A DNA stretch of 63,204 nt, filler included, from Octopus bimaculoides (GCF_001194135.2; 4 parts of 3 records of this genome joined end to end with filler, not necessarily neighbours in it); one strand, 5' to 3'; numbered from the whole stretch's first letter, positions 24,163 to 36,700 are shown. Numbers and translations: made by a program. The notes: a model not told the origin generated them from the sequence alone.

Positions 24163-24237
24163 NNNNNNNNNNNNNNNNNNNNNNNNNNNNNNNNNNNNNN
24201 NNNNNNNNNNNNNNNNNNNNNNNNNNNNNNNNNNNNN

Positions 24238-24288
<51 letters not shown>

Positions 24289-24916
24289 CTTTACACATAC
24301 ATAAAATCATGGTAGTATAAGTATTGTAGATATATTTGCTATTTGCATTAACTTATTATTCAACTCCATCAATTTCAAGTTGTGTATCATTACCTTGCAT
24401 TATATTTTTATCATAACCTTTACCGATATTATTTCCATTACATCAGATTTTCAATAAATGACACTATTTAGATATTGTTTTAACATATATTTTACATATA
24501 ACTGATAGTTGATCTCTGATTCTATATTATTGAGACCTACATTTATGTTGCCTCTATTTCCTAATGTCTCTTGTTTTATTCATTTGTTAATTTATTGATG
24601 TATTTATTTATTTATACATTTATTTATCTATATATATTTTTATCTCTGTCTCATAGAGATTGTTCTTTGATATATTTTAATTCCTGTACTTGTTTGTAAG
24701 ATATTTGAATGCTTTGTAACATATTTGTATATATTGTTAGTATTTGGTTGAATACTTTTGTAACTAACTTTTGCACAATTCTTATATTTCAATAAAATAT
24801 TCACATAAACAAAGACACCAATTTATCAATTCATAGGTATATATATATATATATTTTACACACACATATATGTGAATATATATACATATATATACACACA
24901 CACACACATATATATG

Positions 24917-24981
<65 letters not shown>

Positions 24982-25708
24982 GTATAAATGTATATATACA
25001 TATATATATGTATATATATTATATATATATGTATATATATATATATATGTTTATATGTATATATATGTATATATATGTGTACGTATATANNNNNNNNNNN
25101 NNNNNNNNNNNNNNNNNNNNNNNNNNNNNNNNNNNNNNNNNNNNNNNNNNNNNNNNNNNNNNNNNNNNNNNNNNNNNNNNNNNNNNNNNNNNNNNNNNNN
25201 NNNNNNNNNNNNNNNNNNNNNNNNNNNNNNNNNNNNNNNNNNNNNNNNNNNNNNNNNNNNNNNNNNNNNNNNNNNNNNNNNNNNNNNNNNNNNNNNNNNN
25301 NNNNNNNNNNNNNNNNNNNNNNNNNNNNNNNNNNNNNNNNNNNNNNNNNNNNNNNNNNNNNNNNNNNNNNNNNNNNNNNNNNNNNNNNNNNNCTATTTGT
25401 AGTTATTACTAAATGAGGAAAACTGGTTAAAAGTCACCAATAAAGAGAAAATAATCAATAAGGAAAAATAATGAAGAAATCAATACAAAATTCTAGATTA
25501 GAAATTTGTAGCAAACATAACTTCAGAGGTCAAGTGACAGAAATGTTCTTTGAGTTAAATTAAATGAAAAAGAAGCAAGAATTACAACAGAAATTTTGAA
25601 ACTCAAAAGTTTGAATGAACCAGGCTCTCTTTCTCTGTTTTGTTCATTTGCAATGTTTTCATTCCTGCATTTTAATTTTTTTTTTGTTGGAGGGGGGGTC
25701 ATGCAGAA

Positions 25709-26016
25709 TTATTCCTTCAGTTTGTGCCACTCAGCAGTTTGCTTTCGTGGGCAGTTGAGGACCTCGTTCCAGTGATGAAGTTCTTGACCAGTAGTTCGAG
25801 ATCCAATTTCCAGTCTTCCGATTACTTCATTTTTGGTCATGCGATCGAAATCCAGCAGCAAAAATTCAAGACTGATGCTATGCAGCCCCTCATTGTATGG
25901 CACATCAAAGAGGAAGGATTCGTTGAACACAGGATTCAACGTTCGTTTCTTCACATGAGTTTTCTTTTTCGCAATCCTCTGGCCATTATACAATAGGTAG
26001 ATCTTCACATAGGGAT
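25709..26016 (-). CDS. Syt4: synaptotagmin-4/11 orthologue, last coding exon (C2B domain C-terminal part)
   Basis: Acceptor (T)11-CTTGCCAG, then (D)[39 protein letters not shown]...[18 protein letters not shown]...[21 protein letters not shown]. This closely resembles Drosophila Syt4 C2B as I recall it. Phase 1 is compatible with the upstream exon. Confidence 0.95.
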
Positions 26017-26304
26017 CTGGCAAGAAAAAAAAAATTAATTAATAAATAAATAAAAGTATTCTCTCATTCTCTTGTTTATTTCATTCGTGTTTTATATGTA
26101 ACTTACTGCCAAACCAGAATCAAAATACTCCTATGATATTTATTCATATATCAACGTTATACATATGACATATTAGCCAAACCATCCAACCTATGCAAGC
26201 ATTGAAGATAGATACTAAAAGATGATGTTAATAGTAATGATTTTCAGCCATACCACAAGTACTTCATTATGTTAATATTCATTAATCTAATCTTAGCAGC
26301 ATCT

Positions 26305-26458
26305 TTATGTTTTGAGTTCAAATTCTGCCAAGATCAACTTTCATCGTTTTGGGATTGATAAAATAGGTATCAGTTAGGCACTGGGATTGATGTACTTGAC
26401 TTGCCCTCTCCCCAAAACTGTTGGCATTGAGTCAAAATTTAAAATCAATATTTATTAA
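26305..26458 (+). mobile_element. decayed family A SINE in the Syt4 last intron
   Basis: GAGTTCAAATTCTGCCAAGATCAACTTTCATC...GATAAAATAGGTATCAG...CCCCAAAACTGTTGGC. Confidence 0.7.
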
Positions 26459-26589
26459 TTTAATAACTTTAGTTTATCTTGCTAAAAACTAGTTAACACT
26501 ACCAAATTACAGTAGACAATACCTAGTTATAATGCTTGAACTTGAATAATTCATGAAAATCTCTGACTGTGGAATCAGTCTAATGAAAA

Positions 26590-26768
26590 TTTCTGATTTA
26601 GGCTCAAGATCAGTAATTTTGAGAAGAGGGCTTAGTCGACTGCATTGAGCCCAGTCTTTTTACTAGCATTTTATTTTATTGTCCCTAAAAAGAGGAAGAG
26701 CAAAGTTGACCTTTGTGGGATTTGAACCAAGAACATAAAGAACTGGAACAGAAGCATTCTAATAATGT
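26590..26768 (-). mobile_element. decayed family A SINE, inverted relative to 26305-26458
   Basis: GCAAAGTTGACCTTTGTGGGATTTGAACCAAGAAC is the reverse complement of the family A core/head. Confidence 0.65.
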
Positions 26769-26811
26769 CTTAAAGAAAAATACAAGATTATGAAGCAGTT
26801 AAGAAATTTTA

Positions 26812-26845
<34 letters not shown>

Positions 26846-27019
26846 CATATACATATGTGTATANNNNNNNNNNNNNNNNNNNNNNNNNNNNNNNNNNNNN
26901 NNNNNNNNNNNNNNNNNNNNNNNNNNNNNNNNNNNNNNNNNNNNNNNNNNNNNNNNNNNNNNNNNNNNNNNNNNNNNNNNNNNNNNNNNNNNNNNNNNNN
27001 NNNNNNNNNNNNNNNNNNN

Positions 27020-27140
27020 GAAAATAAGACAAGGTAAAAAATGCTAAAATAATTTTAGCATGAAGAACATCTTTGAAACCAGTACTAAAATGTTCTTCAT
27101 GATAAAATTATTTTAGCATTTTCTACCTTGTCTTATTTTC
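27020..27140. repeat. near-perfect inverted repeat (51-bp arms, 2 mismatches, 19-nt spacer); foldback/MITE-like
   Basis: Arm 27020-27070 pairs with arm 27090-27140; the left arm abuts an N gap. Confidence 0.9.
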
Positions 27141-27730
27141 AATATGCATATCAACTTGTGTGTTCCTTTCCAACCTTATATATATCTTATATATCTATAA
27201 TATAAATTGAAGTTGGCCGACCATTGTATTCTTTCTTGTCTTGAGGTTCACGGCCAAATGGCTGGGTGGATTCGCGTGAAAAATGGCACACATGTGGAGA
27301 CGGGTGCATAGATTGGAACACGCTTTCTATTTTTTCCTAGCTCCCATACTTACAGAGAAAATCGATTAAAACAACCTGTATGCATGCGCATATGTGAGTG
27401 TCTGTCACTGAAGCCATTCATACATATATATACATATAATAAATAAATAAACTGAATGATAAATTTCAGTTATCTCTCTCTCTCTCTCTCTTTCTCTTTC
27501 TCACGCACACACACACGCACACACACACGCACACACACACGCACACACACACGCGCACACACACACGCACACACACACGCACATACACACACACACATAC
27601 ACATTTCATTTACTCTAAATAAGCCAAGAATTTCTAAAACTGTAATATTCAAAAGGCTTCATTTTTTAATGAAAATTTAAATAAGGCAAATGACAAAAAT
27701 AAAAGAGGGGTGTGATCAATAACAACATAC

Positions 27731-27854
27731 CAGAAAGGCCAGTAACATCCATTTTGGGGAGATTTCTTGCTTTAAGTACAACAACTGTGAGTCTGTTGGC
27801 TGCTGGTTGGTAAGAAAGCGAAACAAGGAGTTCTCCTCGGCCTTGGGTACGAAA
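27731..27854 (-). CDS. Syt4: synaptotagmin-4/11 orthologue, penultimate coding exon (start of C2B)
   Basis: Acceptor TATCTGTTTCAG, then 124 nt [41 protein letters not shown]+G, then donor GTATGT. It joins in frame to give GLSDPYVK. Confidence 0.95.
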
Positions 27855-28399
27855 CTGAAACAGATATTCAGAAAAATTGTCAGCCAAAAATTTATAGAAA
27901 TTTTGGTTTGAAGAAATGAATTTTTTACCGTAAAAAAATATCGATTAGTTGCTGGTACTAATTGCCTTGTAATTAAACAGTAATATTATGAACTGCTTGC
28001 TGCTATAGCTATAAGGATTCCTCAATAAGACATGAAGCCATAATGTTAGAAGGGAGGCAAATGGGAAGTTGTGACAAATATGCTTTACATAAGGTGAATG
28101 TGTGGAGGTTTTAATTGGAAATTAAATATCAGAATCTATCTATTCAAATTTCAGATGGAAACTGACCCACCAAATTGTTTGCCCTAGTAATTGATATCAT
28201 TATCATCATTGCCATCGTCATCAGCATTCTTCTCATTGTCTTACACTTTTTCTACACCACCACCACTGCCACTGCCGCCTCCACCACCACCACTGCCACT
28301 GCCGCCTCCACCACCACCACCACCACCACCATCACTACATGTTTTCTTTCTCATGCTAGCACGAGTTGGACAAGTTGTTATTGGCCGAGTCAGTTCTTA

Positions 28400-28594
28400 T
28401 TTAGAGTTATTACCCTCTTAGATGGGTTAAGGATTTGGTTGGTGTTAGGAAGGGCATCCAGCTGTAGAAACTCTGCCAAATTAGATTGGAGCCTGGTGTT
28501 GCCATCCGGTTTCACCAGTCCTCAGTCAAATCGTCCAACCCATGCTAGCATGGAAAGCGGACGTTAAACGATGATGATGATGATGATGATGATG
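28400..28594 (+). mobile_element. SINE/LINE 3' end of RTE type with (GAT)n tail
   Basis: TTAGGAAGGGCATCCAGCTGTAGAAAC...CCAACCCATGCTAGCATGGAAAGCGGACGTTAAAC(GAT)n. A degenerate relative lies at 26175-26230. Confidence 0.65.
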
Positions 28595-29833
28595 TATGTT
28601 ACACATGCTTTTAGCATGTTTTCTATGGATGAATGCCCTTCCTATCACTAGTTATTTTAATCTGTGTATGCATGTATGTGTGAGTGTGTGTTTACATGTA
28701 TATGCATGCACATGCATGCCCATACAAACACACACATGCATACACACACACATATAAAAAAGATAATGGGTGCGCATGTGTGTGTGTGTGTGTCAGTGTG
28801 TGATTGTGTGTGTAGAGAGGCATATATGACACCCAAGTTATGAAATTCATTTCATATAATCATGTGGTTCTGGGTTTGGTCTGACTGTTCAGTACATTGG
28901 GCAACTGTCATCTACTGGAGCCCCAGGCTGAATAAATTACCATGTGAAGGAATTTTGTAGGCAAAAATTCCAGAAAGCCTGCTATGTGTGTCATATCTGC
29001 CTTTATATACACACAAACACACACACACACACATACACACACACATGCATATATCATACAAGCATAGAAAATTGGATGTAAAAATGAGGGTGATGATGAT
29101 GATGTCGATAAAAACATGTTTATATATTTTTATTATGAATTAGAAGCAGAGCTAGTGTTGTAAACATTATTGACCACACATACTCAATGTATGTGTCTTC
29201 CTTGTTCATCGGTTAGCTGCAGTTTATTTCAGCAGAGATGACTCCTTTACAGTACTCAGTTAAGACACATGAAAGTCATAGACAGGCAACACAACTCACT
29301 CCTAATCCTATTAAGGCGTGATGGATACCAATATTTTGCTGGTTTTTGTGGCTTATCAACATCACAAACTTGAATTGAACTGAGGGTGAACAGAATCATG
29401 TTATTTGTATATAGTCATTGACTGGTAATTCAGATGAGAGAAACAACTCACCACTAGTCCTGAATGGGATTAGGGGCAAGTTGCCTCTCCTGTCTGTGAC
29501 TTTCAAGTGTTTTAACACCCAACATTTTGAGGGATTCATCCCCACCATGCTGAACTACAAGCAGTGAACAAGCAAAACACATACACTGCATATGTGCAGT
29601 CAATAATGTTTATATATATTTACATATATGTTTATACACATACATATCATGTTTGTTGGAAAAAATAAAATATATATTTTGAAAGCAGCGGCTGTAAATT
29701 GAAACTGATACAGAGTAGAGAAAGTTTGCAGTCCTACATGGCATTCAGTCTCTCAAGTGTTTGAGCATTATAAATACACCCAGGACACTCTATGTATGTG
29801 TTCTACAAGTAATCAGCTAGCTGCAGTTGAGGC

Positions 29834-29945
29834 TTTTTCCCTTCAATTGCCAGACTTTGGAACTCTCTTCCATTTCACTGTTTTCCCCCTTCTTATGACC
29901 TGATCTCTTTCAAGTCTAAAGTAAATTCCTTCTTTTTGTCTTATT
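29834..29945 (+). mobile_element. C-terminal fragment of a Crack/Daphne/L2-group LINE ORF2
   Basis: FFPSIARLWNSLPFHCFPPSYDLISFKSKVNSF matches the FFPxxxRLWNSLP...FKxxVN terminus of CR1/L2-group LINEs. Confidence 0.65.
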
Positions 29946-30728
29946 TTTTTCCTTTTTCATAGTCCTTTACACTAAGTGGCTTCTTGCCTTGTTTGGCTCC
30001 TGACAAATTTCAATGTAGTTACCACAACTTATATCTGGTGTATCTCGTGATTAGCCTAAGTGAAGTTAAATGCCCCTGAAGCAACTTAAAAGAGACACTG
30101 TGCTGTTGATGACAAGCTAACATGTAAAACATGGGGCTCTAGCTTCAAACAGTTATGTTTAAGTTAAAGAAACCTTAGAAGATATGCATTCAAGTTATAG
30201 AGATTAATTTTAGCGTGAACATACCAAGTAAAGTCATTACTTAAAACAATACATGAAAATACTCAAGAGTTTTTGAAAAGAAATGCAGTCTCTTACATTA
30301 ATTAATAAACAGTAACAATCCAGAAAACAATCAAATGTTAAGCAGGTAACAGTAAAACATTGAACAGACAGTCAGGCTAAAAACAGTGAACATCCAATAT
30401 TAAACAGTGAAAAGAATCTAGCAAGCAATAATACTAATGGTGGAATATTATACCCTCACTCTTTGCAAGAATGTACTTCCATATCTCTGATATGAAACAA
30501 ATTGAAACTACATGCACAACAACAATAGTCAAAACCATTGTCTACAGTCAAGCCTTTGTAAAATAAAGTATCACGTGCCAAAAGCTAATGGACACCTTCT
30601 AAACATGTAGTATCCTTCTGTTACAATACTAGAATATGTGAGCTTCAAATTAATAGACACTGGAAAGATAATATAGCAACTCATGTCCCACAAAGCAACA
30701 ATTTTGATCAATTTCTAATTAGTTAGAA

Positions 30729-30922
30729 TAGCGGTTCCCAACGTTTTTGCACTCAGGACCCCTTACCCAAAAGCTTGAAACCCATGCAACCCCCTACAAT
30801 CAACAGCTTGATTTATATTTGAATTAGTCAATCTTATCCCAAGCCATTTTTAGCAAGGTTATGCAACACCCCTGCCAAGGCTTCGCGACTCCACCCCCCA
30901 CCCAGTGGGTTGAGAACCACTG
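30729..30922. mobile_element. hAT (Charlie-like) MITE
   Basis: Ends TAGCGGTTCCCAAC and GTTGAGAACCACTG resemble CAGTGGTTCTCAAC TIRs. Flanks AGTTAGAA and GTTAGGAA suggest a degenerate 8-bp TSD. Confidence 0.6.
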
Positions 30923-31504
30923 GTTAGGAACCCCTGAATTAGAACATTGTGTTGTTTAAAGGATTCTCGCGTTGTGTTGTTTATTTCATCAGTATTTTAC
31001 TCATAGCTTATTTCTAAAACAAAATCAAAATATACTCCTATGATATTTATTCATATATCAGCATTGAAATGACAGTGGCTATGATTTTTCCAAGGGTTGA
31101 TTAATACCATGAATTAGCTTTGTAAACAAAGTATGAGTGAATATGTGTGTGTGTCTGTGTGGATTCTCTTGTCATGAACGACAAATGAAAGTTCAGTAAA
31201 TAAAGCAGTAATCATGTTCTATGGACATGAATGTGTCTCTTGAGGCCTACTGATGCCTTGCAAACCTTTAGGCAAATGGAGCAAGTTGAAAAAGGAAATG
31301 TGGAAAGCTTCTAACAATACAGAAATGAAAGTTGCAAAACCTATATATGTATTTTGGGTACAAAGACACATTCTCTGAAGATGAGCCTTTGCACCCGAAA
31401 TATACAAAGGCTTTTCATCTTTCATCTCTGCATCGTTAGAAACTTTCCTTATTTCCCTTTTCATTTATTATTCTACTTCTGTACTACAATACTCTTATCA
31501 TATA

Positions 31505-31560
<56 letters not shown>

Positions 31561-31567
<7 letters not shown>

Positions 31568-31717
31568 GCATCAAGCTGTTAGATCAGGTTATGAAAGTTA
31601 CAGAGAGGGTCATAGCCCAACTAATTAGGGAGCGAATCAATTTAGATGAGATGCAGTTTGGGTTCGTGCCAGGTAAAAGCACTACTGATGCCTTATTTCT
31701 AGTGAGACAGTTGCAGG
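31561..31717 (+). mobile_element. RTE-clade reverse transcriptase fragment, cut at the scaffold end
   Basis: YRGIKLLDQVMKVTERVIAQLIRERINLDEMQFGFVPGKSTTDALFLVRQLQ. Confidence 0.9.
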
Positions 31718-31817
31718 NNNNNNNNNNNNNNNNNNNNNNNNNNNNNNNNNNNNNNNNNNNNTTAATTAATTAANNNNNNNNNNNNNNNNNNNNNNNNNNN
31801 NNNNNNNNNNNNNNNNN
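31718..31817. other. artificial scaffold spacer N44-TTAATTAATTAA-N44
   Basis: Same geometry as 17850-17949. Confidence 0.97.
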
Positions 31818-31874
31818 ACACACACACACACACACCACGCACACACACGTAAACACACTCAAGCATACATGCAT

Positions 31875-32092
31875 ACCTATTGATCAACACCCTGATTCGC
31901 AGCAATTTATACAGAAAATTCGCGCTAATAACTCTGCCTTCCAGATGACAAGTTTCGGTCACAATCACATCCATGAAGACTTCTATATGCCAACGTTCAA
32001 AATTCAGGGCCAATCTTATCAGCGAATAGGCTCTATTCTTCTTGTCGACAACGCTGAACACTGACTCCTTCAAATTTACTTCATGGGAGATA
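31875..32092 (+). pseudogene. Helitron Rep-Hel N-terminal region fragment
   Basis: FIQKIRANNSAFQMTSFGHNHIHEDFYMPTFKIQGQSYQRIGSIL...*LLQIYFMGD matches the Helitron NSAFQMTSFG / FKIQGQxYHRIGS / LQIYF motifs, with an internal stop. Confidence 0.85.
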
Positions 32093-33119
32093 TCACTAAG
32101 CAAACGGCTCACTGAGCTCAGGTGTTACCTGGAACAAACTGAAAAAAATACCACCAAAGCAACTTAAACCATCCAAAGAACGGGTGCAATTGGTAGTATA
32201 TATATATATATATATATNNNNNNNNNNNNNNNNNNNNNNNNNNNNNNNNNNNNNNNNNNNNNNNNNNNNNNNNNNNNNNNNNNNNNNNNNNNNNNNNNNN
32301 NNNNNNNNNNNNNNNNNNNNNNNNNNNNNNNNNNNNNNNNNNNNNNNNNNNNNNNNNNNNNNNNNNNNNNNNNNNNNNNNNNNNNNNNNNNNNNNNNNNN
32401 NNNNNNNNNNNNNNNNNNNNNNNNNNNNNNNNNNNNNNNNNNNNNNNNNNNNNNNNNNNNNNNNNNNNNNNNNNNNNNNNNNNNNNNNNNNNNNNNNNNN
32501 NNNNNNNNNNNNNNNNNNNNNNNNNNNNNNNNNNNNNNNNNNNNNNNNNNNNNNNNNNNNNNNNNNNNNNNNNNNNNNNNNNNNNNNNNNNNNNNNNNNN
32601 NNNNNNNNNNNNNNNNNNNNNNNNNNNNNNNNNNNNNNNNNNNNNNNNNNNNNNNNNNNNNNNNNNNNNNNNNNNNNNNNNNNNNNNNNNNNNNNNNNNN
32701 NNNNNNNNNNNNNNNNNNNNNNNNNNNNNNNNNNNNNNNNNNNNNNNNNNNNNNNNNNNNNNNNNNNNNNNNNNNNNNNNNNNNNNNNNNNNNNNNNNNN
32801 NNNNNNNNNNNNNNNNNNNNNNNNNNNNNNNNNNNNNNNNNNNNNNNNNNNNNNNNNNNNNNNNNNNNNNNNNNNNNNNNNNNNNNNNNNNNNNNNNNNN
32901 NNNNNNNNNNNNNNNNNNNNNNNNNNNNNNNNNNNNNNNNNNNNNNNNNNNNNNNNNNNNNNNNNNNNNNNNNNNNNNNNAATTTTATGAATGTCGTGGC
33001 ATGTATATTTCACTCACAACAGAGACGTACATGTATTTGAACTAATATATATGTCTATAAATGTATAAAAATATAGATATATATCTTTTCCCTGACTTAT
33101 GGACACTTAGACAACTCAC

Positions 33120-33162
<43 letters not shown>

Positions 33163-33164
33163 TT

Positions 33165-33550
33165 GAGACACTTTTTCTTTGCATCTTCCCATGTTCTCCA
33201 CGGGCACTCTTGTCTCTGCTCTACTGCCTTCTGAATTCCTATGATATCCCTCTTCGTTTCTCACCACTTGTGGAATCAGATCACTTCTTATCTTTACCTT
33301 GGTCTCTAACCACCATTCCATATTCGTAACGTTCATTATAAGCTTAGTAACCTGAGTGTGTCCCATTATTTCTTTGATCGTCAGGCTATCCTTTGTTCCA
33401 TCCACCGACTCCTGGGCTCGCCATTTCCTGCCTTTCTTCAGCTTAAACAGGATCGCTCTCAAAATCTTTCGGGTCTTCAAACATGGTTACAATTCTTGCT
33501 TTTCCGAATTTGTATTTCTCAAGAATGGACTTTGTAAGGAGCTTCTTTGA
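33165..33550 (-). mobile_element. Hero-like RLE-type LINE ORF fragment
   Basis: KKGRKWRAQESVDGTKDSLTIKEIMGHTQ...WWLETKVKIRSDLIPQVVRNEE resembles the GRKWRAQEAV...WW...RRDLI..EVR..EE post-RT segment that I associate with Hero elements. Confidence 0.6.
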
Positions 33551-33687
33551 TTATGAGTACGCACTGAATATAAACTGTGAATATGTACAAGAAACTTTTC
33601 CTCCTAAGGAGGTTTTCACGAAGCGACATTGAAATGCAAGACTTTTTCCTTTAAAATCAACTGCAACTGGTGAGATTCGCGACTCTG

Positions 33688-33787
33688 TTCTATCTTTAAG
33701 AGATGAGGAATTTTGTACATTATTTACATGATTTACATTATTTACATTTGACGGCTATTTGGCCTCATCTTGTTTGTTGTTAACACA
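33688..33787 (-). mobile_element. truncated second copy of the 16648-16815 repeat, ending just before the ribozyme core
   Basis: Direct sequence similarity. Confidence 0.7.
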
Positions 33788-36700
33788 ACTCTATTCGTAT
33801 GCAAATGGTCTGGCATACAGAGTATTGTGGCACATAGAAGTGGTGTACTACGTCGATAGTTTTCTTGGAGTGTGTGCTTTATGTACGCAGTTGAATAATG
33901 TATTATTCAAAGTGCACAGTAATATGTGCAGAGTGTTGTGTATGTAGATAATTATATATTATGTAGAGAATTGTGCCACGTATAGAGTTCTGTACTCTGT
34001 TTAGAGTTGTATGTTCTGTAGAAACGTCTCTTGGGTAGAGAGTTGTGCGTTATGTAGAGGATGATGTCTTATATGAAGAATCTTGTGTTATGATGACAGT
34101 AGTGTTGCCTAAAGATTTGTGTCGTATAAGGCTTTATATAATGTATGGCTTTAAATGGATGAACTGTGAGTAGCAGCTAGCATCAGAGCTATAAATACAA
34201 GCAGTTGCAACTATAGTCTATAAGTGTTCCCTCATCTATCTACCTAGTTGTTATTTATGTGTATCTATAGACAGTAGATCTACAGACAGTAGTATCCGCA
34301 AGAAAATTACTTTGCGTATTTTTTTCACTCTACTGAAGCGTATAAATCTTCTAGTTGTTATATCGTGCTGAGAAATGGAATCAATTATATTGATTTGTAG
34401 CAGATAGAATGTATGTATGTACGTATGTATGTATGTATGTATGTATGTATGTATGTATGTATGTATATGCAGGTATGTATGTAAGTGTATGTTAATCTAT
34501 GTTTATGTAAGAGGGGATATTCAAAAGACGAAAGAAAACAGAAGTCTCCTAACAAGGCGATTATNNNNNNNNNNNNNNNNNNNNNNNNNNNNNNNNNNNN
34601 NNNNNNNNNNNNNNNNNNNNNNNNNNNNNNNNNNNNNNNNNNNNNNNNNNNNNNNNNNNNNNNNNNNNNNNNNNNNNNNNNNNNNNNNNNNNNNNNNNNN
34701 NNNNNNNNNNNNNNNNNNNNNNNNNNNNNNNNNNNNNNNNNNNNNNNNNNNNNNNNNNNNNNNNNNNNNNNNNNNNNNNNNNNNNNNNNNNNNNNNNNNN
34801 NNNNNNNNNNNNNNNNNNNNNNNNNNNNNNNNNNNNNNNNNNNNNNNNNNNNNNNNNNNNNNNNNNNNNNNNNNNNNNNNNNNNNNNNNNNNNNNNNNNN
34901 NNNNNNNNNNNNNNNNNNNNNNNNNNNNNNNNNNNNNNNNNNNNNNNNNNNNNNNNNNNNNNNNNNNNNNNNNNNNNNNNNNNNNNNNNNNNNNNNNNNN
35001 NNNNNNNNNNNNNNNNNNNNNNNNNNNNNNNNNNNNNNNNNNNNNNNNNNNNNNNNNNNNNNNNNNNNNNNNNNNNNNNNNNNNNNNNNNNNNNNNNNNN
35101 NNNNNNNNNNNNNNNNNNNNNNNNNNNNNNNNNNNNNNNNNNNNNNNNNNNNNNNNNNNNNNNNNNNNNNNNNNNNNNNNNNNNNNNNNNNNNNNNNNNN
35201 NNNNNNNNNNNNNNNNNNNNNNNNNNNNNNNNNNNNNNNNNNNNNNNNNNNNNNNNNNNNNNNNNNNNNNNNNNNNNNNNNNNNNNNNNNNNNNNNNNNN
35301 NNNNNNNNNNTATATATATATATATATATGTATGTATATATGTATGCATGTATATCTATCTGTGTCGCTTATGCGTGCGTGCGTGCGTGCGTGCGTGCGT
35401 GTATGTGTGTACATATATCTGCCATTCATTTTGTAATTTAAACTACACCTTAAATTGTGTTGCAATGAAATTCAATGAGAATTGGTTAATGATTTCAAGA
35501 GTTAGCAGCTAAATCTCCTTCAAATCGTACGTATCTTTAGAAAGGAAAAGAGGTACCAATCCCTGTAGACGTTGTATATATGAAACCTACTGGATGATCA
35601 TAACTGGAACAACACTCATCATATCTCTGTTCAATCAGGCGAGGTACTACATATCTCCACCACCAACAAAAGTATGTTCACTAATATTTCTTGGGTTATA
35701 AATCTTATAATCCTCATGCACATATTTTCGTTATTTTTATCATTATTTTCTTCAAATTATCATAAGACTTAATCAATTAGATTTACATGTTTCTCAAATA
35801 TCTGTCAAAGTTATAATCAGTCCGCATTTCAAATAATTCATTAAGCAAACAAATACGTGATTTTAAATAATTATACAAGTTGGATAACATAACGTTTAGA
35901 ATAGATATATCTGTTTGTTTTTGTATGCAAGTTTTATTTCTGTGTGTTGTGTTGTTTTCATCTTCGTTTTAGTTTTTTTTAATTTTCAGAGCAAACGACA
36001 ATAATAATGCTATCAGTAGCCAGCAGTGTATGCATTCTCAATTAGTTAGGTTCATATGCGATAAACATATTCACGTAGTTTCAATACAAAATCCATGATT
36101 TTAACATATTTGATCTAGGATATCACATTTAACTCAACAAAATTTAAGACATGTAAAACATGAGATTCCTCTGTTATCAGGAATGAAAATATTCATGATA
36201 AATGTAGAAAAGAATAATTTAATTAAGAAATGAATTCATTAATTTTACATACCAGTTTGTACGTATGGATGTATATATATTTGTGAGAGAAAGAAAATAC
36301 TAGCAGTCATTTAAGAATTCACTTCATGTTCTTATAATGAAATATTTATACAAATATAAGAGCTAAATTATTGAAAAGAATTTCATGCTTTACATTATAT
36401 TATGTATTATTAACAATGCATAATTTCTGTATCCTTAAATTAATGATTTATCATGAACGGTTATCTGTTAAATTCAGACTTGAACAACAACAAAAAAAAA
36501 TAATTGTGGGTCACTAGATATTTCACAAAGATATGTGGAAATCGACAAAATACTGACTTTCAGATTGTCTCTAGTTGAAATAAATCAAAGTATTCTCGTT
36601 CCCCACCTTTAAGACAATTAGATTTGAACCACAAAAATACACTGTATTAAAGAGTTACATGCAAACGAATTTAAGACACCTAAAAGTATCTATATTTTTA

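Noticed and set aside
24570-24630. Minus-strand AATAAA hexamers as the Syt4 poly(A) signal
   Set aside because: TTTATT is very frequent in this AT-rich region, so no single site can be chosen without 3'-end data.
27855-31717. Search for Syt4 C2A and transmembrane exons
   Set aside because: I found no DPYVK/FDRYSRDD-type or TM-coding exon; the scaffold ends at 31717.
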